From positions 63,178,001 to 63,242,000 of the forward strand of contig OZ076413.1 in the NCBI GenBank assembly GCA_964187785.1: a stretch of DNA of 64,000 bases. Reading direction: 5' to 3'. Of this stretch, positions 54,701 through 62,700 are shown piece after piece. This DNA comes from Amphiscolops sp. MND2022 (Eukaryota). Below the pieces are notes generated by a model. It had not been told where the DNA came from. It saw nothing but the letters and a program-made list of their open reading frames with translations, and did not search any database. Position numbers and translations under genes: made by a program. Within the stretch, counting starts at the first letter, position 1. Every line of letters begins with the position of its first letter.

Positions 54701-57700
54701 TGATGTTTTAATTTTTGTAAAACAGTATTTCCAAGTGTATAACCTGTAGATAACGTCTTTTGCGTTTGTGGTAAAATCGTGCTATACCAATGCATCTTTT
54801 TTGTAACATTCTTCAGTCCAATAGATGTTTCTTATAATTTTCACATTTTATTCCCTTCAAAAAAGCTGCAAGACCTCGCAAAAAATTGCTGATATTTTTC
54901 CAAGAAATGCAACTTGCTCTTTGGTGATTTTTCGTCGTTTTTCAGTGTTCAGACTGCAGTGAGTGCCATTGAAGACGGTCCGGAGTCGTGTTCTTCCTCA
55001 CAGAGGTGCTTGTTCCACCTGCTTGAACATCTCCTTGACTGTTCTGAGCTGTTGAAGCAGACTGTGAACCCCCCAGACAAGTACCAGCACATCCTCTCTG
55101 CTCTCAATCAGGCATGCCCAACAAGACTAACCCCCTCCCTGTAATAGATGAAAGTCCATTGATTTTTGAACCTATATTGCAAATATGGGATAGCGACGAG
55201 GTTTTCTCTAGGCCGCCTATTGTTATATTCTAATTCGTTGCTCCATAGAATTTAAGGATGACGATGTTTATTTCCCAAGCATTTCTTGACAAGTATCATC
55301 TTTAAAATGAAGTGTCACTAAGATAATTTTGAATTTTGAATTATTACCTAGAATCACCGAGATTACTGAAGATTACCTACAATTTAGAAAGTGCTAGCCT
55401 AATATTTCAAACTTTTTGTGCAAGTTTTGATCGATTTTTCAAATATTGTAAAATATGCTGTGCGGAAATTATCCCAATCCTTACCGGGCGCCTTGTTTTA
55501 ACACCATTTTCGCTGGGTGGGCGCCGCATAAACTTTTCTAAGTCAATTCCGTTTCGTATAGTATCTCCACATAAGCTAATGTTGCATCTTTTGAACCAAA
55601 AATTCAAGCGATGGTCGAATTGGAGCTGTAGTTTGGTCATCTACCGCTGGAGGCTAGTCCGTTACTGGCACCGTGGGAGAAGAGAAGTTGTATTTGATTG
55701 AAATGTTGTACTTTAGAAAAAAAAGAATTTTGCAAAATTGTACGCCGACTAAAAGTAAGGTGTTTTTTAGTCGGCGTTTTCGAAGAAAATCCCGACTCTT
55801 ACAGTGGCTAGTTTTTTTTCGTCAGTTCAACGCGTAACGTCCACTTTTTGTGCATTAATGCAATTAATGCACATTTACCAACTTTTACCATATGTACTTA
55901 GTACTTCATTTTCAACGCATCCAAAGCGTCTAACATGAGATAAAAAGCGTCCCCCCTTTTACATTTTTCGGCACTATGCGACTTACCGGAAACTTCGAAA
56001 AACAAATTTCAAAAAAAATTCGGAATTTTTTTTCTCAATTTTTAGTTTTTTGAGAGCTTTTGTTGTCTCCAGTTGTAGAAAAGTGGTTTTCGATTTTCGA
56101 GTCTTTTTGAGCCTTAGATATGGCGCCGACTTGGGCCGTTCCAGGCTTGTTTTAACTATCGGCCAAAATGATTTCTTTTCAATACGTTTGATCTTAATTC
56201 TAAGCCTATAATTTTCGAGCATGCCTGTTATGAACCAGCCGGTGCCCGTGCCAAAAATGACGTCAGAAAAGGTGACGTCATCGTCGGAAGACGCTGCAAT
56301 AGCCAAGAGCTTCCTGGAAAAACTCAGTGACGTGAACGAGGACGCGTTCTGTGAGATCATGTCTCGGTTGCAGACCAGAGACTCCTTCCGAGCTGTGTTC
56401 ATTTCGACAGCCTTGATCAAACTGTGCGACTTCAAGGATGTCGACAAAGTTCAGAAGTATGTCAGTTTGTCTTTAAGGTTTTTTTTTGTTCAAGACAAAT
56501 TTTAGAGGGGAAAGTTTTCTTAAGATGTTTCATATCTTGAATAAATGTCTCATATTTCAAAGCAACGTGTCGTTGTGTTCGTGGCAGAATTCAATGCCCA
56601 AGTGTTTGTCGGCTTTTTCGTTTCTCGGCAAAAACATTTGTCAACGCCGTAGCAACCTTGAAAAGTTATTCAACCTTAATTGGATGTGAGCTTCTTCTGT
56701 AAGATACTGTTGAACACGATTGAATCCCCAACAAAAACGGTTTTTATTTGAAAAGACCACTTTTGTTAAATTTTGTATCTTAAAATTGTCATTTTCTGTG
56801 TGTCGAACCTCTTCTTTATTTTCCAATGAGTTTTACGGGTCGTAACGTGATTGGCTGTTTCAGAGCTAACGAGTTATCTTTGCTGTGTGTGCAAGTGACG
56901 TCAGCAGTTCCCTTCCTCAAATCTGATTGGTTCACAGCTGTCAACATCATTTGCTCCCAAAAACCCTCTGGGGCCAATAAAGTACTTGACAGCTTGATAA
57001 AGAAAGTCAATGTGAGTTTTGTTTAACAGCAAGTTACTCAATGTTGAACCCTGGAGTCAGTGAAGTGTACGTGATAGAAGAAAGCGAAATTAGAATAGGA
57101 ATACACATTATACAAGAAAGTAATACCTCAATGAAGCTTATAAATTTTTGAATAACTGCTTGAAGTTTATGCAGTTTTTCATTTCTAACTCTATTTGACA
57201 AAATTGTGCAAGTTCTTTTAATTTTTCAAGCAAAAAACAAATTGGTCATCAAGTCAATGGCAATCACGTTTGATGAGTGCCCGAAACAGCATAAAAACGA
57301 CCCGAAACAGTCAGGCCCTGACTTGTTTTTCCGTGATTTATTTTTTCTTTAACCCCGGTGCTTCATTTTACTCTTTCATAGTTTTTTTAAAAATTGATTA
57401 CCAGTTTCATTTCACTCCCTCGGCGTCTTGGGGAATTTTGACATACCAAGGTTAAGAGTGTTTTCGCCGATATGTGTTCAAAATGTAACAATTTGTGTTG
57501 CAGATAGAGCACTCGCACGTGTTTGACAACGTGGTCGTCTTCATCTGCTACATGGTGGCCAGACACATGTTCAAGTTGGAGGAGGTCTTTGTCAAACTCA
57601 TCCACTTCATACTCGCCAGTCTGAACGAGAACTCGGACGCCTCGGGCCCTGGAGGTAGGCCACTATTGTTTGTTGTTTGTTTCTCACTTTCCGAGAAGAG

Positions 57701-58443
57701 AACACAATGTTTCATGTTTCTAGAATGGGTCCTCTCGCACGTAACAAAGCATCAAACAGCCGCCAGATAACCCCACGCACAAGAATTACTAATGTATACT
57801 AGTTCATGTACTAAGTCCTTGAGAATCGTTGGGTTCTTCTGCGGTAAAGATATTTCAAGCAGAGTTTCCAAACTCTGGTTTTCGCTATCAGTTCAACCGC
57901 TCATTTCAAAATCACAAATTCTCTAAAAAAGTTTATTGAATGTATGGCTTCAATTATGTTCAAATATGAAGTGATAGCTTAAATGGTGTCTGAAGTTGTT
58001 AACATTACTCTGCCGACTACAATTAATTTGAAGGGCTCACGCGCATTTCGAGCTTTGTGCGGAACGCCGATTTCTGCCACTCCTGGATATTTCTGTCAAT
58101 AGGACAATCGAAACGTAAGCATGGTGAATGCAATAAAAACTGAACCTACTCAGCTCACATCCCAATTTTCAGGTCAAATTAAATTGTTAATTAAATTAAT
58201 TTGACGTTAGTTATTTGATTTGAATGTGTTTATTCTATCTAGAGCGAGAGATCAACGCTTCGACGAGGTTGTCTATGTACGTGCTTCTGAAGCTGCTGTT
58301 CGCCAACCAGGAGCTGAACTGCATCCGCCTCAACGTGTTCGAGTTCCTCAACTCTCCCTCCGACAGACGTCTTCTAGAGGTCCACCTCAGACCTGTCAAC
58401 GTCGGGCTACTTGTCGCCATCTTGAAGGCCTTTGCCACTCATG
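3680..58443 (+). CDS. MED12: Mediator of RNA polymerase II transcription subunit 12, 5' portion (20 exons, ~1179 codons; 3' end outside window)
   Basis: Exons join in frame through GT-AG introns: 3680-3790, 5877-5933, 6015-6059, 6830-6943, 8441-8659, 39535-39846, 41715-41854, 43894-44067, 44631-44896, 45255-45527, 46070-46312, 48386-48539, 49361-49507, 51678-51885, 52578-52720, 54946-55140, 56220-56456, 56864-57011, 57504-57654, 58243-58443. Peptides are colinear with remembered human MED12: [45 protein letters not shown]...[27 protein letters not shown]...[28 protein letters not shown]....DVNQR, DRRLL...LKA. Confidence 0.95.
3960..4633 (-). mobile_element. Helentron/DINE-like non-autonomous element, family 1, with internal tandem repeats
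   Basis: Highly similar to 1800-2315, with an extra copy of the internal tctcacaatgccgaaaaa..gaccctttg..cattctgtcgcaaaacat unit. Confidence 0.65.
4690..5028. repeat. Possible hAT-type MITE fragment
   Basis: Multiple CCGGA/TCCGG motifs ending in GGCTCATCTCTA (reverse complement TAGAGATGAGCC, hAT-like terminus); partner end not found. Confidence 0.35.
5353..5503. repeat. Cluster of nine TTGCAAGA motifs, mostly within the TCTTGCAAGA palindrome
   Basis: Directly counted; probably the subterminal repeats of a decayed MITE. Confidence 0.85.
5877..5933 (+). CDS. MED12: MED12 exon 2 (57 nt)
   Basis: tttcag|[19 protein letters not shown]|gtgcgt; matches DELTALNVKQGFNNQP. Confidence 0.9.
6015..6059 (+). 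CDS. MED12: MED12 exon 3 (45 nt)
   Basis: tttcag|[15 protein letters not shown]|gtaagt; phase 0/0 with strong splice sites; weak protein similarity. Confidence 0.75.
6830..6943 (+). CDS. MED12: MED12 exon 4
   Basis: ttgcag|[14 protein letters not shown]...SKERFWP|gtacgt; FWP(V) matches DNFWLV. Confidence 0.88.
7664..8270. mobile_element. ~600 bp MITE-like element
   Basis: GCTGTTAACCTTAACTTGGCCA (7664-7685) is the inverted partner of TGGCCAACTTAAGGTTAACCAGC (8248-8270); no TSD recognised. Confidence 0.55.
8441..8659 (+). CDS. MED12: MED12 exon 5 (Med12 N-terminal domain)
   Basis: ttttag|[32 protein letters not shown]...[11 protein letters not shown]...TSKK|gtcagg; matches [21 protein letters not shown]...VPVMRAAWLIK. 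Confidence 0.93.
9520..10215. repeat. Degenerate ~155-175 bp tandem repeat, 4-4.5 units
   Basis: actgaggaacagtc-like motif near 9520, 9694, 9863, 10174; a(g)caccg..gaaagatg-like motif near 9570, 9748, 9908, 10060. Confidence 0.75.
13624..25738. repeat. Array block A: six ~2.03 kb units (A1-A6)
   Basis: Periods ~2039, 2023, 2030, 2029, 2034, 1960 bp. Confidence 0.95.
25739..28495. repeat. Array block B: two ~1.38 kb units
   Basis: Periods ~1377 and 1380 bp; their right halves match the array's left edge at ~13080-13620. Confidence 0.93.
28496..37420. repeat. Array block C/D: two ~4.4 kb higher-order units (long A-like unit plus ~1.1 kb unit)
   Basis: Anchor periods ~4366 and 4481 bp; a second diverged linker lies inside each, near 31805 and 36310. 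Confidence 0.92.
37421..38630. repeat. Terminal truncated array unit
   Basis: A-like sequence breaks after tgtcgcttcttaag (~38544) and is followed by a short re-copy of gttgctgggagta...ctcctggatttctg. Confidence 0.85.
39535..39846 (+). CDS. MED12: MED12 exon 6
   Basis: ttccag|[19 protein letters not shown]...[27 protein letters not shown]...LFIPLIYS|gtatgt. Confidence 0.94.
40130..41039 (-). mobile_element. Internally deleted, frameshifted hAT transposon (BED finger + dimerisation domain relic)
   Basis: [14 protein letters not shown]..(frameshift)..[18 protein letters not shown] (BED finger); [11 protein letters not shown]; [13 protein letters not shown]; [29 protein letters not shown] (hAT C-terminal); terminus CAGGGTTGGGAAAATATC at 40130. 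The opposite TIR was not found. Confidence 0.88.
41185..41290 (+). repeat. Fragment of family-1 element 3' end abutting the hAT relic
   Basis: aaaaggtcccc...tttgagccttcagatttagcgctgagttcagacgttctcgtcttgtt. Confidence 0.5.
41715..41854 (+). CDS. MED12: MED12 exon 7
   Basis: gtttag|[23 protein letters not shown]...|gtaagt; not in the ORF track. Confidence 0.92.
42597..43092 (+). mobile_element. Helentron/DINE-like non-autonomous element, family 1 variant
   Basis: TTTTAGTCGGCG...GCGCCGACTTTGGCCGTTCCCGTCTTGTT; interior matches 2577-3040. Confidence 0.62.
43894..44067 (+). CDS. MED12: MED12 exon 8
   Basis: [32 protein letters not shown]; phase 2/2. Confidence 0.94.
44631..44896 (+). CDS. MED12: MED12 exon 9
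   Basis: [15 protein letters not shown]...[16 protein letters not shown]; ctgcag acceptor, gtttgt donor. Confidence 0.93.
45255..45527 (+). CDS. MED12: MED12 exon 10
   Basis: G|[14 protein letters not shown]...[23 protein letters not shown]; the only phase-compatible acceptor is AAG at 45252-45254. Confidence 0.88.
46070..46312 (+). CDS. MED12: MED12 exon 11
   Basis: [14 protein letters not shown]...[23 protein letters not shown]. Confidence 0.94.
48386..48539 (+). CDS. MED12: MED12 exon 12
   Basis: [23 protein letters not shown] matches RHVQYATHFPIP...HECNQR. Confidence 0.9.
49361..49507 (+). CDS. MED12: MED12 exon 13
   Basis: R|[11 protein letters not shown]...; ttgcag/gtcagt, phase 2/2. 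Confidence 0.88.
50513..51024 (+). mobile_element. Helentron/DINE-like non-autonomous element, family 2
   Basis: 5' TTTTTTAGGAGTCGG; subterminal CCGACTCCT at ~50993; then palindrome CCGCATATGCGG and a GGTT end; interior ~175 bp tandem unit in ~2.3 copies. Confidence 0.62.
51678..51885 (+). CDS. MED12: MED12 exon 14
   Basis: [12 protein letters not shown]...[15 protein letters not shown]...ILDIAEN|gtgagt. Confidence 0.9.
52578..52720 (+). CDS. MED12: MED12 exon 15
   Basis: ILSNMPQLL...[14 protein letters not shown]...IFE; + strand exon hidden under a minus-strand shadow ORF. Confidence 0.88.
52800..53207 (-). mobile_element. Diverged family-1 Helentron/DINE-like copy
   Basis: aaccgggattggcacacaagtcgacg...ggtcagttcg...aagccactataat...gctgactaaaa aligns by eye to 1800-2315. 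Confidence 0.5.
53475..54476. mobile_element. ~1 kb MITE-like element with TA-flanked TIRs
   Basis: AGAGTACCCGGGTTGACCCT (53475-53494) versus AGGGTTAACCCGGATACTCT (54457-54476): inverted match 18/20; subterminal AAGATCTT-type palindromes on both sides. Confidence 0.7.
54946..55140 (+). CDS. MED12: MED12 exon 16 (3' boundary uncertain: 55080 or 55140)
   Basis: [24 protein letters not shown] matches [22 protein letters not shown]; both candidate donors are phase 2. Confidence 0.82.
55763..56152 (+). mobile_element. Helentron/DINE-like non-autonomous element, family 1 variant
   Basis: TTTTTTAGTCGGCG...GGCGCCGACTTGGGCCGTTCCAGGCTTGTT; preceded by an opposing end CGCCGACTAAAA at 55743. Confidence 0.62.
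56220..56456 (+). CDS. MED12: MED12 exon 17 (5' boundary uncertain)
   Basis: [14 protein letters not shown]...DKVQK|gtatgt matches RYSFVCNALMHVC...DRVND; the phase-2 acceptor is a weak GAG. Confidence 0.8.
56864..57011 (+). CDS. MED12: MED12 exon 18
   Basis: [30 protein letters not shown]...KKVN|gtgagt. Confidence 0.9.
57504..57654 (+). CDS. MED12: MED12 exon 19
   Basis: [24 protein letters not shown] matches [24 protein letters not shown]. Confidence 0.92.
58243..58443 (+). CDS. MED12: MED12 exon 20 (last exon visible)
   Basis: [13 protein letters not shown]...[10 protein letters not shown]...[11 protein letters not shown]|gtatgt; ends in a donor with no stop. Confidence 0.92.
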
Positions 58444-58527
58444 GTATGTGAGGAATTTATCTACTAGCCATCTTCATTTCACTCAACGTGCATACGGGTT
58501 TCATTCCCTGCAAAAAGCCAGATAAAT

Positions 58528-58530
<3 letters not shown>

Positions 58531-58575
<45 letters not shown>
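58531..58575. repeat. (AAT)15 microsatellite
   Basis: Perfect run counted directly. Confidence 0.97.
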
Positions 58576-58580
<5 letters not shown>

Positions 58581-58860
58581 TCAGGGACAAGTTGCATTTT
58601 AATTTCCAAAAATCATACCAACTTCCTCGATTTTGTTATTATCCAAAATGCCATGTTGCACCATTATTATTAGACTTAATAATAATAATGACATTATTAA
58701 CAAAAATGCAACTTGTGCTCATATTTGCAACATGTCCCTGATTTTTTCACACTTTTTACACTTTTACTAACAACTGTTACATTATTAACAGAAATGCAAC
58801 TTGTCCTCATATTTGCAACATGTCCCTGATTTTTCACACTTTTTACACTTTTACTTTTTC
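58576..58860. repeat. Inverted repeat plus ~88 bp direct duplication
   Basis: AAAATCAGGGACAAGTTGCA at 58577 is inverted against TGCAACATGTCCCTGATTTT at ~58725 and ~58813; unit 58691-58778 is duplicated at 58779-58860. Confidence 0.85.
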
Positions 58861-59046
58861 TACCAACAACTGTTCCAAGATTGTTACTTTGAGCGAACGT
58901 TATCTACAAGTTAGGCAAATGTCGATTTCAACTGAATGGTAACTCACCTGGTACTAGAAAAAAGGTAAAATTTTGTTAATGAAACATTCAATTGAAAATT
59001 TTAATTCTTTCGAATTTAAAACAAAAATAAAAAACAATATTTAATT

Positions 59047-59720
59047 TCAGCAGTTTTTCAGAAGAGACCATGCAGTCTTAATCTTTTGGTAGATTTTCTT
59101 GACAGCCTCTTGATTGAAGTTGAACTCCATCTGAATCAACATTTTCCGCACTTCCGTCATTTGTACTGATGATGTGACAGTCTCAGCGAGTAGGCTGCAT
59201 GCTCGTTTCTCCTCCTCTGTCCACCCAGTTTTCGTTTTTCTGAAAACAGACATGCTTTTGATGAAGCGCATTCGGGTTGGACTTCGTTGTCTGGGTTTGG
59301 GCGTTGGTTTGTTCCTCGTGGTTCCACGTGAACTTGGCCCAGGCGTGTAGGGTGGCTGATGGTTGTCTTCGTCATCAGCGTCGTCACCACAGGCTGGCTC
59401 TCTTCTCGTACGCTTTCGAACGGAGTGTTCTGGCGAAGGCAGGTTGTTGGCTTCGTCATTATCATCGTCATCGGAGGTCGACTCTCTTCTTCTTCGCTTT
59501 CGACCAGAGTGCAGATCCATCGTCGAATTCAGCGACGCTCTGTATGGTGCTCGCGGTTGAGGCTCCTCCTCTTCTGATACTGTATCAGAGTCAGAATCAG
59601 GGCAATGGTCGGCAGGCAATGGTTCAATTCCTGATTCATTGCCATCATCATCTTCATGAATTGTGTTAAGTTCTTTGCGGTACACATCAAGCACTTTATT
59701 TCTGTCAGCCTCTGTAACTC
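59047..59720 (-). CDS. Exon 4 of SET-recombinase gene: acidic/basic low-complexity tract and Myb/SANT-like tail
   Basis: D/E-rich and RKRRR-type segments followed by GWTEEEKRAC...KKIYQKIKTAW. Confidence 0.8.
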
Positions 59721-62700
59721 CTGAAACCACATTGTGAATAAATAAGTGATTGTAACAAAATTACAATCTGATATAAACATCAATGGAAAAAGTTGCATAA
59801 AAGATTTCAAATGTATCGGTAGTTTGGTATAAAATTATTTGCAAAGTTTGCTTACTTATGTAGTGTTTTTTCGCCGTTGATCTCGAGTGACCTGTCTGGG
59901 AGAAATGAGCTTCATCGTTGTCCTGCAGGTTCATCTTGTCAATATGCTCATCCCAGAACTTTCGAATTGACGTGGCATTGTACCTTGTCACTGTGGGATC
60001 GTCCCCAAACAACTCTGTGAAGCACTGGTTAATGTACCAGGCGATCTTCGTTTCCTGCCCATTTTGACTATTGGAGAAGACGTAGTCCGGAACGGTGCCA
60101 TACTCATCAAGCATCCGTTCCCGCATCTCTTGCACGAATTTGACTTGGTCCCCATCCATTTTCACGGCCACTGTGTAGTATTTTCCTGCAAACAATATAT
60201 TGTATTAAGTTAGAATAAAAACTTTTGTTGAACACTTTTTTATAGAAAAACCTTTATAATTTCTATAGAATAATACAATGTAGCGTTTTTTATAGTATTC
60301 ACTCTTTAAATTCTATAAAAAGTTACCTGTTTTGTGCTCGTTGGTTTCAATTGAGAATCCATGCCTCAAATGAGAATCAAATTGATCCCATTTTATGTTC
60401 AACAGTGGCCCAGGCCTCACATTGAGTCGAACTTGGAGCAGGAAAAAGTTGAGGGCCTTCAAGAAGTTTAGGCTCAACTTTTTGTCGTCGAGGTCGTTCG
60501 TCAGAGCTTCTATCACCTGCCGTTGTCGTTTGGTCACCTGTTGTTTTGTAGGCACTTGCGCGAACCTTTCTTTAGCTCCCTCGCGTTTTGACTTTGACAC
60601 ATCCACGCTGATTTTTCGTTTCACATCCCTGCAGGCCTTCTTCATAACTTCGATTTTGAAATCTTTCCTCACATTCGGTCTTTCGTAGCAGTTGCAATAC
60701 TCACAGAAGTTCTTGAAGTGAGTGAGGTAAATGTCAGTTGTTGTTGGCAGCCATCCCTTCCGCCGTTCTAAGTTTTCAATTGCTGGAGCCAGCGCTTTGG
60801 GCTGCGTTAGACCCAATGTTTGTCCATACAACAACGCAAGAACGTTCTTCAAGCCATCTTTCCCCTTCACTTCCTCATTTTCATCTGTATTTTTGCCTCT
60901 TTTGCGGAATTCCATGTTGACAAAGCTGGTGACAATGTCCAAGTGCTCCTCACGGGGAATACATCCATTCCTTAGTTTACATCTCAGTTCTACTGGCAAT
61001 GATCTAAACAGAAAAAGAACAAATTGTAGATTTTGCTTCCATTTTTCAATACCATAATTTAGGAAACACTACTTTATTCTTTGAGAGGTGATTTTTACTA
61101 TAACAAGTACTACAAATGTTTTAGTTCTAGTACTATTACTTTGCTTAAAGTTGTAACTTACGTTCTACTCTGATGATTAGCAACAACAGATATGTTGGAG
61201 TCATTGCACTTCATGCTCCTTTTGTGACTGGCCCTGTCTATGAATCTTCTGTTATGCTCAGAACAGAAGAACACTTTGGTGTTCGCATGAAGATGCTGAG
61301 TCCCGAAGAAGTCTTTCAGCATCACGATGTCAGATCTCGTCAGCTCTGGATGTTGTTGAGAGAGGTGCTTGTCGATCCGCTTCGAAGTCTTCTCGCAGAT
61401 AGGGCATTGGGTCACGTCGTCGTATTTGGTCTTCTTGGAGTACGATTTAGCTTTGCGCTGTTCAGTGCTATTGGAATCATCGGAACTATTACCCTTGCAA
61501 ACTTGGCACAAACATTGAACGTTATTCTGGCCAAAATAATTTCCCCCATAACTGACGAAAATTTCCTCATTCTCAGCAATCCCCCGAGTTGTTTCCACTC
61601 TCAACACAGTTTGATTTTTTGTTGGCCCTCCACAGACAAACACTGCATTGGGTTCACAGCTGTGGTTAATGAAGCTTGCTGGTCCTAGCATTATCCTCTC
61701 CTTTGAGTTGTTGTCTGTCGCCCCGAAGACAGAGAACGAAGGAGCGTTTTGTACTGCATCTGCGAAGTAGCCGTCGACACCACGAATTTTCAGTCCTTTC
61801 GGGAGCGCCTTGCGAGCTCTGACAGAAAACTCGATCCCGCCTTGGTATCCGGGAATGTCGACAGACTTGACACTTTCGAATGATGAAGAATAGGATTCCA
61901 TCATCTGACTGAAAAGCTTCTGGTGCTGGGGATTGTTGCTGATGATCGCAAAAAAATTTGTTGGTGGCTCAACGTACTTGTGGGAAGTACGTACGTCGGT
62001 ATCGATGAAGCTTTTTGTGCAGTATGCGTCAATAGCACCAAGTACCAAGTCTGGACGCATCTCGTCTTCCGTTTCAGGCAGTCTCAATAGTTGCGGCGAT
62101 ACAGTTTCTGGGAGAGCCTCGTCAGTGGATGTTGCAGTTTTTCTGTCAGAAGTTGACTCAGCTTTTTGCGGTGAATAGTCAGTTTGTGCTGGGGGTGAAT
62201 CGTCAGTGATGGCCAAAGTTCCAACATCAGGTGCTGACGCAGTTTGTGGAATTGGGTCGTCAGACGATTCTGGGGGTGAATCGTCAGTGAGGGCAAGAAT
62301 TTCAGCATCAGGTGAAACGGCCCTGGGTGCTGAAGTTTCACCATCAGGAGCTGACCTAGCTACTGGGGAGGAACCGTTACTTAGCGCTGAAGTTTGATCA
62401 TCAAGAGTTGACACAGCTTCTGATGGTAAATCGTTACTAGGTGCCGACGTTTCAGCATCAGGTGCTGACGCCGTTTGTGGAATTGGGTCGTCACACGATT
62501 CTGGGGGTGAATCGTCAGTGAGGGCAAAAATTTCAGCATCAGGTGAAACGGACCTGGGTGCTGAAGTTTCACCATCAGGAGCTGACATAGCTACTGGGGA
62601 GGCACCGTTAGTTAGCGCTGAAGTTTCATCATCAGGAGTTGACACGGCTTCTGGGGGTGAATCGTTAGTAGGTGCCAAAGTTTTAGCATCAGGAGCTGAC

